64,000 nucleotides of DNA from Histomonas meleagridis 2922-C6/04-290x (taxonomy: Eukaryota; Protista; Parabasalia): NCBI GenBank assembly GCA_020184695.1, contig JAANOX010000242.1, positions 62,001 through 126,000 of the forward strand, written 5' to 3'. The notes beneath the pieces were generated by a model. The model did not search any database. It saw only the letters and a program-made list of their open reading frames with translations, and was not told the DNA's origin. Of the stretch, positions 30,203-41,979 are shown piece by piece; the first letter of the stretch is position 1, and each line of letters opens with the position of its first letter. The position numbers and the translations under genes were made by a program.

Positions 30203-31362
30203 TCGGCCAAACCGTAAATTGAATTGAAATTAACGGTCGCCATCAAGAATCTAATTTGGTTCGAAGCTGTTTAAAAGTATTAATCAAATGTGAAATTGTA
30301 TCACATGATTTTTTATAGAAAATGATAATATACTTCGGTAATTCAACGAGACAAATCATGATTAAATGTCTATTGCCTTCAAACACATTTTTTTATGTGC
30401 AAATAACTTTACAAATTAAGTGTTCATTAAGACAAATCATGTAATTGGGAAAAAAATTCTTATTGTTTCTTCGAAAGAAATCTTTATAATATTATAATGT
30501 ACATGCTGAATATAAATTTTTGTAACAAAACTTTCCAATGTGTAACGCTATTGTTTTTGCTGAGCCGCAAAAGCAGCCATATGATTTTATGATTAAAAAA
30601 ACTTATGCATCAAATATTTGATACACCAGTTTGCATGCTGATGCATTTGTATCGTGAAGAATTGTAATTTTTACATAGAAAAATTGAGAATGGCATTTGG
30701 CGCTATTAGTTACTCGTCCTGCTGCTCTGACTTCAATGATTCTATCCTGAACCTTATTCTCTGGCGTTTTGAATCTTCATATGCGATATTTGGTGACCAC
30801 ATTGTTCATGTTCATCAGAGAGTTTGATTAAATATCCGCAAGAAGCAATCTTCTTCATAGCACAAAGGCCCATAGAATGAAGAATAAGCTTTGGTAAGTA
30901 TTCATCTTCTTTTTTAAGTTGTGCTTTTCTTCGTTCAAAATTCTCAGTCCTCTTTTGTTCAGCCAAGGAATCATACTCCGTTTGAGCTTCAGCTTTTTCA
31001 ACTGCTTTTGTTGTTTTCTTTGCACGTTCTTCAAGTTGTAGTGTCTGCTTGCAAAACATACAATTAGATTTAATAATGATATATGCAATTTTTTGGATTT
31101 GGAAAGTATAACAACACAAATCAAAAGAAGAAATTCTTAATAAATTTATAATTTTATTCTAATGTATCATACTGTTTAAATTGATGATCTGTTCTTTCTG
31201 TATCGGGATTTCTTTAATTTTCAGCCCAAAACGGGTTTTTATTTGATAGCATTATTACGGTTAACCAGAAAATTCAAAACCAAATACAGTAAGATACAGT
31301 CGTTGCATTGAATCTTTTGGAACTGTTCTCCTTGAAAAAACCGTCCAATTAAAATTGATATT

Positions 31363-32007
31363 ATGTTGGAAGGATCCTCAGAAACACAAGTAATAAAAAC
31401 AACAAGTATCATAAACAAACTTTTGGGAACTCTTTACTTCCTAGGATTGACATTTTCATGTATGGTTGGAGCACAATGGCTGAATGAAGGGACATTTTAT
31501 CCTTTATTCAATTCAGAAGGAACTGTATCCAAAGACATTGAACTATTTGGTTATCCTCTTTTTATATTGGTATTGACACCAATCGAGTTATTTTTTGCAG
31601 GAATAACTTTATGTATTTATTGCTGCTGCTCAAAACCAAATAAAATCGCCGTTAGGATATTTGTGTGGCTAACTGCTATTGCTAGCATTGGGCCAATTGT
31701 TATCCATGCATGTTCTATTCCTCCAACAGAACCCGAAAAATGTGCTAAATATTACAATTTAACAACCACATATTACAAGCATAAGGTTATTGGAGGCTGC
31801 TTTGTGGCTAATACAATGAATACAGCAGTTTTAACTTTTCTTGTAATATCTCATGTAATTCTTTTTGTTTACTTAATGATAACAAACTATGGCCTACCCA
31901 GAGATCCTGAACAAGTTCCACCCGAGTCAATATTAATGGGCGAAGATACTGGTCTTCTATACGGACAGAATTCTCCACAAACAACAAACATTAATCAATT
32001 TAACTAA
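31363..32007 (+). CDS. Four-TM membrane protein with a Cys-containing extracellular loop
   Basis: 214-aa ATG ORF with four hydrophobic segments. Confidence 0.7.
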   Translation: MLEGSSETQVIKTTSIINKLLGTLYFLGLTFSCMVGAQWLNEGTFYPLFNSEGTVSKDIELFGYPLFILVLTPIELFFAGITLCIYCCCSKPNKIAVRIFVWLTAIASIGPIVIHACSIPPTEPEKCAKYYNLTTTYYKHKVIGGCFVANTMNTAVLTFLVISHVILFVYLMITNYGLPRDPEQVPPESILMGEDTGLLYGQNSPQTTNINQFN

Positions 32008-32263
32008 AAATCGATTTTAGGTTGTAGTTTGTTTTTTGTTTAAATTCGTTTTGAAAAATATTAAAATTTCAGATTAAATGTATTTCATTATTTGTTGGAA
32101 ATGGTTTTTGTCAAATGCTTTGAGAAAGCAATTTATGTGGATGAAGGACATTAACTTAGTTTCTTTCATTGATTATGTCTTTTACTGATTTTAATGTTGA
32201 TGATAATTTTTGTGTGGAATAAAAATAAACGGGTTCCTTTAACGTTCCTTTTTTTCTGTTTGA

Positions 32264-32932
32264 ATGAAACAAAAACAACAAACAGAATCAAAGAAGTATG
32301 GAATCGAAATTTTCTTGGTCTTGGTTTCATTTATGCCACCAATGTTTTATTTAACACTGCTTATAATTTTTATTTTGGAAGGAAGATGGGCGGGATATCT
32401 TCCAACTATTTCTGAGACAGGTACAGAGTTTCCAAATACTTCTTTTATGTTTGCTTTCTTCACTATAATTTCAGGAACAATTTTTTTTGAAATGATATTT
32501 CATTCACTCTATGTTTTCAATAATTTCAAAGTTACAAAAGTCTACAAAGGTTTAGCATTATTCACTACGCTTTTAAGTATTTTTTTCTTTTGCTTGATTT
32601 CAGTTTTTCCATGTAATACATCACCAATAATGCATTTCACATCCACTTTTATTGGATTTTCTGGAATTGTCTTATTCCAAATTATTGTTGAACTTATTAC
32701 ATGCAAGAATTCATCTAAAACAAAGAATTTTTTCAGAATTTTTTCGATTATTATGCAAATCTTATCGCTACTAACTGTTGCATTGAGCCCAAAGTTGTTC
32801 AGTACAAGAATAAATGTCACCACTTCTGCCATTGGGGAGTACGGAATTGTCACATTTTTGCCAATTTTTTTCATGTCTTTTAGTAGCGAAATGTCTAAAT
32901 CGAATACATTTTTGATGTTCTTAAATATTTAG
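32264..32932 (+). CDS. Frag1/DRAM/Sfk1 (TMEM150-like) multipass protein
   Basis: YLPTISETGTEFP motif and about six TM segments. Confidence 0.8.
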   Translation: MKQKQQTESKKYGIEIFLVLVSFMPPMFYLTLLIIFILEGRWAGYLPTISETGTEFPNTSFMFAFFTIISGTIFFEMIFHSLYVFNNFKVTKVYKGLALFTTLLSIFFFCLISVFPCNTSPIMHFTSTFIGFSGIVLFQIIVELITCKNSSKTKNFFRIFSIIMQILSLLTVALSPKLFSTRINVTTSAIGEYGIVTFLPIFFMSFSSEMSKSNTFLMFLNI

Positions 32933-33276
32933 AAAAATATACAAAACCTCTTTATAATATTAAATAAAACTTATATAAATGCGCGTTTTTTATAATCTGA
33001 AACAATTGTTTTCATGAAAATTTTAATAAATCTCGAACATATACAAATGAAGTTTCAAATACTGATATATTTTTTTATTTTGTACTAATTTATCTGTAAA
33101 ACATTTTTATTTATCAATAATGGCTTTTTCAAGATAACTTTGATTTATTTATTTTAAAAATTTAATCTATTTAATAGATAAACTTAATTTAATATTTATC
33201 AAGATAAATGAAGACTCTAATTAGAGTTATCAACACTAAAAAAATAAGAAGAAAAACAGAAAGAATTTATATTTAT

Positions 33277-35694
33277 TTAAGCAAATTGTTTCATATACAA
33301 ATAAGTCTTTGAAGCCGCTCTAATTTTTTCATTATAAATTGACATTTTCCTAATTTCATCAATGTTTGGATCCATTAAATCAGTGTGCACGAACGAAATA
33401 ATTATTTCTGGATCCATCACATTCGCCAACACATGTCTAAAGATATTTATATATCTTTGGAAATCCTTTTTCGCGAAATTAAACAAAATGTCTGTTTCTC
33501 TCAAACCATATGAAAGTATTATATTAAAAGTCATTATCCAAAACTCATCGCTCAAAAACGTATATACATTATCGAACATTATATTTAAAGTTTCGAAAAT
33601 TTTAGAGAAAATTTCTTCGAAAATTTTCGCGGTATTGAACATATACATTAAAAGGTCAGCAATAAATCGATATGAATATTCGGTACATAAAACAGCTTTC
33701 AATTTATGTTCCATACATAAGGTACCAATAAGTTGAAATATTTTTATAGGCAAATTCGGCCTCATTTTAATTTGCCTAAAAATCAATTCTGTTACAATTG
33801 GATGAAGAAGTTCGATTCCTATTTTTAATGCTCGTTTTATATAGTCATCATGTTCATCATCTGCGCAAACCCAATTTAATGTTTGCGTTAATATTTCGAT
33901 GACAAATTGCGGATTTTTCGATGATATTTTTAACGCATCTGAATATAAATGTCGATTTACCATTTCTCTAACAAATGGTTCAACATTAATTTCGATTTTT
34001 TCTTTTAATAATCCACAAATTAAAGATGAAGCAATTCGGATTTCATTATCACTTTGTGTCATTAATTGCGAAATTAATAAAAACGTGTTTTGTGATGGTG
34101 AAATCGATACAATTGTTTCAAGGATTTTAGGACTTAATGGCGCATTTTGTGGAATCGCTTCTAATTGAATATTATTAACTTTCGCAAAATTAATCGTTGC
34201 ATCCATAACATCATCGTCATCAGCATAATTTTGTAACATGAAATTGAACACTGATTGCGCGCTATCGTTTGGAGGAAGGTCTTTGTAAACTATACAAATT
34301 GTCTGTGATATTAATGAAGAAGAAATTGCGTATTTCATCATTATTGGTGATGTTATTATGTTTAACGTAATACCTGCTATTTGATTATAAAAGTTTTGAA
34401 ATCCTTCTGAATCTATGTAATGTGTAAGAAAAGTATCTAAATATTTTGTCGATAAATAGCATTGCATTAATGTCATGTTTTCATTATAAGAATTAACAAT
34501 GATATTTAATGATGTAATTGGATCACTTTGACATACATATACAATATTATCAATGAGAAAATCAAATACATCAACAACGTCTTCATCATATTCTTTAATT
34601 GTGGCAATTTGTTTAGTAATAAGTTGTGGTATAAATGCAATTATACGTTGATCGGGTGCTTGCATTGTCATTTCATAACGGGAAACAATTGTTACAAGAC
34701 ATAAAATTGTGGAATTTAATTCACTATATTGATTAGATTCTGCAAAAAATAATGATAAGGAAAATAATAACTTGTACAATGGATCTGATGGATCATATTC
34801 TTTAAACACTTTAAGAATTTTATTGATGACATCAATGACTGGCTCAAATTGAAGTTGCATTGAAACGCTTAAAATGCTCTCAAAAAGTGGAATTATTTGT
34901 GTTGAATCGTTAACGATAGGTATTGAAATCGAAAAGAACTGAAGAACATATGACTTTTGGATTTCATTAAGATCAGGTCGAAACAAGACTTCTGGGATTT
35001 GGGTGACCTTTGAAGAAATTTGTATCCTCATTTGTTCAAGGAATTCTGGAATATTGAAATTAATTTGAAATGAAATCGATTTTAACAAAGTAACAAGAGA
35101 AGGCTGTGTGTATTCAATGATATAAAAGCTAAGAATATCAAGCGCAGGTCGAGATGGAGAAGCATAAAAATAATTAATTATTGTTTCTAAAAATGTAGGG
35201 AAAATTTGTACGATAACAATGAAATTAACATCGCCAAATATAGGAACATCATGAGCAATTTGAAGTACATTACAAAGCTCTGAGAAAAATATAATTGCTA
35301 TTGGTGGTGGGAAACTTTGAATTAAAGGAAGAATTTCTGGAACATTATTTGGATTAAGCAAATGAAAACATCCAACTGCTATGCACCTGCAAACAGCAGT
35401 AAGAACAATATTGTTTGAAACTGATAAAGAATATGATATTAATACTTGAATAACATTTTGAAGAAAATCACGTGGAACAAGTGGGTGAAGCAAGCTTGCT
35501 AAAACAGTGAAAATGTAATATTGAGCATTTGGATTTAAACCTTTATTCATTGAGAATAATGTCAATTGCCAAACTTGTTCGATCCCAAGCGACCTCATTT
35601 GATTTTTCATTTCTAAAATGTCGTCTGTCCATTTCTCTTGTTCCTTAGTTTTTTGATCAAAGACCTCCAAGAATTGTTCTGGACTGTTCTGCAT
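33277..35694 (-). CDS. HEAT/ARM solenoid protein, importin-beta/exportin-like
   Basis: 805-aa helical ORF; no specific family motif recognised. Confidence 0.65.
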   Translation of the reverse strand: MQNSPEQFLEVFDQKTKEQEKWTDDILEMKNQMRSLGIEQVWQLTLFSMNKGLNPNAQYYIFTVLASLLHPLVPRDFLQNVIQVLISYSLSVSNNIVLTAVCRCIAVGCFHLLNPNNVPEILPLIQSFPPPIAIIFFSELCNVLQIAHDVPIFGDVNFIVIVQIFPTFLETIINYFYASPSRPALDILSFYIIEYTQPSLVTLLKSISFQINFNIPEFLEQMRIQISSKVTQIPEVLFRPDLNEIQKSYVLQFFSISIPIVNDSTQIIPLFESILSVSMQLQFEPVIDVINKILKVFKEYDPSDPLYKLLFSLSLFFAESNQYSELNSTILCLVTIVSRYEMTMQAPDQRIIAFIPQLITKQIATIKEYDEDVVDVFDFLIDNIVYVCQSDPITSLNIIVNSYNENMTLMQCYLSTKYLDTFLTHYIDSEGFQNFYNQIAGITLNIITSPIMMKYAISSSLISQTICIVYKDLPPNDSAQSVFNFMLQNYADDDDVMDATINFAKVNNIQLEAIPQNAPLSPKILETIVSISPSQNTFLLISQLMTQSDNEIRIASSLICGLLKEKIEINVEPFVREMVNRHLYSDALKISSKNPQFVIEILTQTLNWVCADDEHDDYIKRALKIGIELLHPIVTELIFRQIKMRPNLPIKIFQLIGTLCMEHKLKAVLCTEYSYRFIADLLMYMFNTAKIFEEIFSKIFETLNIMFDNVYTFLSDEFWIMTFNIILSYGLRETDILFNFAKKDFQRYINIFRHVLANVMDPEIIISFVHTDLMDPNIDEIRKMSIYNEKIRAASKTYLYMKQFA

Positions 35695-35762
35695 CCCAAA
35701 AATTATTTAACGTTCGCTTGATCAAGTTTTGACCGTTTATTCTTCTTCACCTTAAAAAAATT

Positions 35763-37229
35763 GTGAAACCAAAACCATTACCACCATTTGTAGATAAGTT
35801 CATACAAAAGAAAAAAATTAAAATTGGTGCTAAGAAGAGAGAGATTCCATTAAGATTAAATGATGAAAAAACAATTATCGCAAAAACCATTGAAAACATT
35901 TATAAAGTCAGGTCTCCAAAGATTGTTCGCCAAGGGTACGCAATGTTTAGAAGCATATCTTTAAATTCACTTGGTTTTTTGCACAATGATTATTTTCAAA
36001 TTTTATTTCCTTTTTTTATTCATTCTTCTCGAGAGTTTTTAGTAATGGAAATCCAACAAGAATTTCAAGAATTTGTTACAAAATATAGATATGATTTTGA
36101 TATTGAACAACAAAAAATCATTGATTCATTGATATCCCAAGGCAAAAAATATTCCGATCTAACGTTTGAAGTGTGCCTTACCAGTTATGGATATCATCAA
36201 ATAGTATCAAGTCTACAAAAAGTAAAATCAAATTTTTTATCAACTATATTTGAAAATTACATAGAAGTCACCACTCTCCCTCATGAAAATCCCATACAGT
36301 CCCTAGGCGTCAACACTCCAATCATCCATACCACCCAAATGCCATTACCAAATTATGCTCATTTTACAATATACAATCATTACTCCAAAGTTTCCAATCT
36401 TTGTATATCACCATCAGCCCAGCTTCTCTCCATATCAAGTGGTTCTACAGTAACCTTACATACTTTAGATCCGTCTTCACATTTTCCAAATCAATCACCA
36501 TCAACCACAATTTTACATCACAATTCCCCTATTCTTTCGGCCACCTTTTCGCCAAACTCTTCTTTTATAGCATCGTCATCCTATGATTGTGAAATGCGCA
36601 TTGCGCATACCGAAGTTTGTCGTGAAATTTGTCATTTTAAATTTCACATTTTGCCTATTCTTGACTTACAATATGATAATAAAAGTTTTTTTATCTCTGC
36701 TTGTTCACAAGATCGAACTATTTCACTTTGGACAACTTCTTGTCACACTGCGCTTCGACAATTTGTTGGACATCAACAAGCAGTTCTTCAGTCCTGTTTC
36801 TCGTCTAACTCGAGAAATCTTTTTTCGATTTCTTTGGATTCGTCGATAAAGATGTGGGACATTGGAAAAGCCGAATGCATAACGCAATTTAAACTTAATT
36901 CTTCATTTGTTCCGACTTCAATTGATTCACATCCAATGAAAAACATTATTGCATGTGGTGACAAGTCGGGGAAAGTGTTAATTTATGATTTCGATAATAA
37001 TTGTCCATTTTTTGAGCCACAACAATTGTTGGACGGCGTGTCAAGTGTTAAATTTATTAATAATGGAAATGTTATAGCGGTGAGTGCATTGTGCGGTGAA
37101 ATAAGGTTTATCGACTTGCAAAATAAGCAAATGAGTGAGTTAATTGAGATTAATGACTCGACAATTGATAATATTTGTAAGGGTAATTATGAAAATATGT
37201 TAATTACTGTCGGAAAATCTACAAGATAA
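35763..37229 (+). CDS. TAF5-like WD40 protein; start codon uncertain (ATT 35760 / GTG 35763 versus first ATG 35943)
   Basis: NTD2-like YAMFRSISLNSL..ILFPFFIH, LPNYAHFTIYN and several WD repeats (SQDRTISLW, SLDSSIKMWD). Confidence 0.7.
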   Translation: MKPKPLPPFVDKFIQKKKIKIGAKKREIPLRLNDEKTIIAKTIENIYKVRSPKIVRQGYAMFRSISLNSLGFLHNDYFQILFPFFIHSSREFLVMEIQQEFQEFVTKYRYDFDIEQQKIIDSLISQGKKYSDLTFEVCLTSYGYHQIVSSLQKVKSNFLSTIFENYIEVTTLPHENPIQSLGVNTPIIHTTQMPLPNYAHFTIYNHYSKVSNLCISPSAQLLSISSGSTVTLHTLDPSSHFPNQSPSTTILHHNSPILSATFSPNSSFIASSSYDCEMRIAHTEVCREICHFKFHILPILDLQYDNKSFFISACSQDRTISLWTTSCHTALRQFVGHQQAVLQSCFSSNSRNLFSISLDSSIKMWDIGKAECITQFKLNSSFVPTSIDSHPMKNIIACGDKSGKVLIYDFDNNCPFFEPQQLLDGVSSVKFINNGNVIAVSALCGEIRFIDLQNKQMSELIEINDSTIDNICKGNYENMLITVGKSTR

Positions 37230-37861
37230 TAAATCTGTTAAAATTATTCTTTTGATTTTGTTGATATGATTTTAAATTATTTGTTTTGTAAATAAAAAAG
37301 AATTTAATAAAAACAATACTAAAAATTATTAGAACTAATAATTAAATTAAAGAACATATTACATCATAGAAAATAATTATTATACATTTAAAAACAAAAT
37401 TGATAATTTTATTTAATAAAATATTAATCATTTAGAATATATAGAGAAAAATCTGCGAATAGAGGAAAAATATGTAAACGCCTCAAAAAAATCGAAATAG
37501 GATACTGAAAATTAAAAAAATTTTATGTTGGCATTTTCAATATTCATCATTTTTTGTTTAAAATTTTTACATCACCATATTATTCTTATAAAGATTTAAG
37601 TTGATACTTTTTGTTCTCAATGTATTGAACATTATTAATTATTCTCTATTAAGATAAGATAAATCAAACATTTGGTAATTTTTTTTTTAAATGATTTTGA
37701 CAGTGTTTTTTCTACTTTCTTTGCTTTCTTTTTTTGGTAACTTCTCATTAAAAAAATCCAAAATTTACAAAAAATAGAAAAAATTACAGCTTATTTGGCT
37801 ATAGCAATAGCTTAAACGCATTAGAAACGGCACATATTTATTATATAATTTTTGAAGATAT

Positions 37862-38857
37862 TCACGCAAAATAGAATGATACAACAGGTGTTTCTTCAGG
37901 TGTTGGTCGAACATAATTTTCATCTTGTTCAAAGATGTGAAGACTGTATGGCTCTTCTTCATCCTCGAATCTTAATTTCATTATTGAAGCGACATTACCA
38001 GATCGATATGCATAATTCGGCGCTGACCAAACTGTGATCAATTGAACGTCAGGTTCTGATGTTATATTTCCGAAGTATTTTTCATATCCTTTCATTGCGA
38101 GTTGATGTGATCTGCATATCGCTCTGAGGCGGTTGAGGCGGTTAAATTTTACAACTTGCGGTTTTCCAAACAAATAACCGGCGCCGCGGCCGTTTGATTT
38201 GAACCGTTTAACTTCGTCGGGATCGCTCCAGCACAAATCGGCAAATGGGCCCGTTTCCGGCACTTCGACCTTGCGATTGTACATGCTAATGCACTCTATA
38301 AGAGGAATATCCGGTGATAATCCACCATGAACACAAAAAATGTCGTTATCAATGAGTGCCGCCATCGGAAGAAGATCAAAAACATCATTACACATGATCC
38401 AAAGACTACTGTGTCCATACTTAAGCATTATTTCATTGTAAAAGCCATATGTATATGAAACACGTCGACATTCATGATTACCACGAAGGAGAAAAATTTT
38501 ATCTGGATTTTGAAGTTTGAGACAACAAAGAAGAAGAAATGTATTAAGAGAGTAGTAGCCTCTGTCAACATAATCACCCATAAATAAATACTTTTGGCCT
38601 TTAAAAATGAGGGTTGAATCAACAATATCAATTCCACCTGAAATTTGGAAAAGTTTTAATAAGTCATCGAATTGCCCATGAATGTCACCGCAAATAACAA
38701 TTGGAGATTTGATCAACAAAACATTATTTTCTTTTATCAAAATTTCAAGCATTTTAAATAAAATTTTTGTTACGATTGATTCTGGTACTGTTTCATGTTT
38801 GATTAACATTTCCATGATGGAGCCATAATCCCATTTATCTTCATCGATTTGGTTCAT
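37862..38857 (-). CDS. PPP-family Ser/Thr phosphatase catalytic subunit (PP2A/PP4/PP6-like)
   Basis: GDIHGQ, GDYVDRG, RGNHE, HGGLSP, WSDP, RSHQL, WSAPNY. Confidence 0.95.
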   Translation of the reverse strand: MNQIDEDKWDYGSIMEMLIKHETVPESIVTKILFKMLEILIKENNVLLIKSPIVICGDIHGQFDDLLKLFQISGGIDIVDSTLIFKGQKYLFMGDYVDRGYYSLNTFLLLCCLKLQNPDKIFLLRGNHECRRVSYTYGFYNEIMLKYGHSSLWIMCNDVFDLLPMAALIDNDIFCVHGGLSPDIPLIECISMYNRKVEVPETGPFADLCWSDPDEVKRFKSNGRGAGYLFGKPQVVKFNRLNRLRAICRSHQLAMKGYEKYFGNITSEPDVQLITVWSAPNYAYRSGNVASIMKLRFEDEEEPYSLHIFEQDENYVRPTPEETPVVSFYFA

Positions 38858-39218
38858 CTTCTTTTAGGTCAGATAGCTCCTAATTTAAATTGGAAGAGAT
38901 AAACGATAAATTTATTCAAAAAGTAACAGTTATAATCAAATATGTTTGTAAATCTTTTAAAAATGCGCGTTTTTCTATTTTCAAATAAAAAAATTTCGTT
39001 ATTAAGCAAACATTATTAATAAAAAATTGGTTAAGAATCTTATCGAGATATTCTCCTTTTATATGTTAAAAAGAATGAGTTCAATTTTCTGGTCAGAAAG
39101 GATATTTACATGTTAATAGAATTAGCAATAAAATTTGAACAGCCACAAAATTCAACAAAATAATGACTTTTTCAAAAGTGCTTTCTGAAAAAAAGTAGGC
39201 ATTTTAAAATTAAAAAAT

Positions 39219-39290
39219 CTCGCTGACCGGGAATCGAACCCGGATCACAGGAACGACAATCCTACATGATAACCATTACACTATCAGCGA
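39219..39290 (-). tRNA. tRNA-Asp(GTC)
   Basis: TCGCTGA/TCAGCGA acceptor stem, TAGGA-TTGTCGT-TCCTG anticodon arm, GGTTCGATTCC T-arm and a downstream T6 Pol III terminator. Confidence 0.95.
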
Positions 39291-39428
39291 CATCTGTTTG
39301 AAAATAAGGAGGAAAGTTCGTTATAAACAATTTTAAAAAAGTTTGAAAACCTCACTGGGTTAAATTGGCAATATAGTTTTAATATTGATGATCATACACT
39401 CGGTTTTAGTTCCTGGAGCTATAAGTAG

Positions 39429-40810
39429 TTTAACGAAAAAAACTGGTGTCTTAAAAATAATAAAGTTTTCTTCCTGCGCAGTTAGGTGACAAAATAATGG
39501 CGCCTTTTTTAATCAATCAAAAAGTTATTTGAATATGAACGATCACCACATTCAACACTTTTCAATACTTATAAATATATTAAAACGTTTTAATAATAAA
39601 CAATTGAATTAATGTGTTCATTTCTTCTTGAATGAGCCAAAAAGATAACTATATTACATTATTAAAAAGACCTTGAATCAATTATCTTTGACTTAAATGA
39701 AGATAATATTAAATCAAAAGTTGAAAGTGTTATGAATTTATTTGATATTAATTTCCCATATTCTACTAATCTTATCATATCACGTTTAATATATCAATTT
39801 TTTATAGTTCAAAAGAAAGATATTAAAATATAATTATTATTCATAAATATAATGAAGTCAAAAAGAAGAATCAATTCAAGGAAATTATAACATAATCGAA
39901 ACTTTTTACACATTTTTCTTCTTCAATTAAATTCACAAGAATCATATTATTTTCTAGAAAACATGATTGAAGAAAAATTATATTTCTTCTAATATAGTTC
40001 AAACAAAAAAACACTTTATATTTTTGCACATTATTTTACTGAAACAAAAAAATTAATCAATTTAGAAATTCTGAAAAAACATATTTAAATTTCTTTATAG
40101 ATATTGAAGATCTTAAAAAAGATAATTGGAAACTACATAAACAACTTATTAAAGAAGGAATTAATCCTATGCCTGTTATTAAAGCGATTCGTAATGATGA
40201 TATTGATCAACTTCAAGAAATTTCATCACGAGATAATTTTGATTTTAATCAAATAATTGAACCATCACTTTATGAAATGTTTTCATTTGTTAATCAAAAA
40301 AATGAAAATGTTACATTAATTGCATATGCAGCATTTTTTGGATCAGTTAAATGTTTTAAATATTTACTTATGAATGGTTCCAATTTAAATAATATAGGTA
40401 AATATGCAGTTGCAGGTGGAAATATAGAGATTATTCATTTATGTGAACAAAATAATTGTTCTTTTAACCAAGTTCATGAAATTGCTTTAGAATTTCATCG
40501 GAATGATGTCTTTGATTATTTTTATAAGAAAAACACGATTAAAATCAAAGAATTCACTCAATTAGAAATTGAATGTATTAAAAATGATAATTATTCTTTA
40601 TTTGTATCTTTATTAGATAATATAAAGTCAAGATTTTATATAAATATCATTAATGAAACAGCAAAAATTGGTAATATTTTTTTAGTGAAATATTTTATGA
40701 ATGATTGTAAACTTCAAAAGAAAACTTTAACTTGTGCAACAGAGTCAGGAAATTTCGAATTAATGAAATTTATTCTTAAACAAAAAGGAATTGATATTAA
40801 TGCTAAAAAT
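39429..40810 (+). repeat. Near-identical inverted duplicate of 20250-21617 (5' flank + DUF3447 region); weaker homology continues through the array and 3' flank to about 41470
   Basis: TTTAACGAAAAAA..CTGGTGTCTTAAAAATAATAAAGTTTTCTTCCTGCGCAGTTAGGTGACAAAATAATGGCGCC occurs at both loci; a 168-aa stretch of protein is identical. Confidence 0.93.
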
Positions 40811-41311
40811 ATTTATTTGTTTTATTTATAATTTATTTTAATAATTTGGTATTTCAAAATAATATTTGGAAATTATTTAAATTATTTTATACAGCACTTA
40901 TGATAGCATCTTCAAATGGTCATACAGAAATAGTTAAATTACTTCTTGAACAAAAAGGAATTGATATTAATGCTAAAGATATTTATTAGTTTTATTTAAT
41001 ATTTATTTTAATAATTTTTTATTTCAAAATAATATTTGGAAATTATTTAAATCATTTTATACAGCACTTATTTTAGCATCTTCAAATGGTTATACAGAAA
41101 TAGTTAAATTACTTCTTGAACAAAAAGGTATTGATATTAATGCTAAAGATATTTATTAGTTTTATTGAAAATTTATTTTAATAATTTCTTATTTCAAAAT
41201 AATATTTGGAAATTATTTAAATTATTTTATACAGCACTTATGATAGCATCTTCAAATGGTTATACAGAAATAGTTAAATTACTTCTTGAGCACCAAGAAA
41301 TTTCTAGATAG
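39632..41311 (+). pseudogene. Duplicate DUF3447-ankyrin copy with a disrupted 5' region and three 71-nt spacers (40814-40884, 40984-41054, 41154-41224)
   Basis: TAT>TAA at 39831 plus five homopolymer expansions relative to the 21413 copy; the ORF is intact from 40169 and the three modules are stop-free. Confidence 0.8.
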
Positions 41312-41979
41312 TTATTAAATGAATAAGCAATTGCTTCTAAATAAAATATCGAATTTTAATTACCACATTTGGAACATTTGAAATAAAAACGCATACATCT
41401 GAAGATGATCACATTATAGCCAATATAAGGACTATCTTTAGTTTGTGCTTTGTTTCGTGCATACCTACATTACATGTATATACACTATTTTTAAATAAGT
41501 TGTAGAACGATAAAAATGGTCGTTGCATATCGGCTTTATTTACATAAGTCAAATGCCACAAGGAAAAACAAAAAGATAAGCATTTAAAAGATTATTGGAA
41601 GGTGGAAAGAAAACAGAAGACATAATAACAGTTCTTCATGTTTCAAAACAATTTCTGAAGTTCGCCAATAAATCCAAAATAATCCTCAAGAACCAACAAA
41701 AGATTGTTCAGGAAATAATAAATAAGACAGAAGAAAGAACATCAGATCCAAGCCTTTTTCATGCAATAAATCGGTAGCATTCAAAAAGTTGACACGTCAC
41801 TTTTTTCGATATAAAAATTAATATCAAGAATTGATATTAAGAGAAATTAAATTTTAATGAAAGGTTCAAACTCCCCCATTATCCCATGAAGCATCAACCC
41901 CTAGTGGTAATGCAAGTTCAGTGCATTTTTGACACGATTTTCAAAACGAAAATTTCAAAATTTGATTTTTACTTCAAAG

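Noticed and set aside
30580-31124. Overlapping minus-strand ORFs of 121 and 89 aa
   Set aside because: No recognisable family; they look like fragments of a decayed gene or element.
41595-41777. 60-aa ORF
   Set aside because: TTG start, no motif, and next to the transposon relic.
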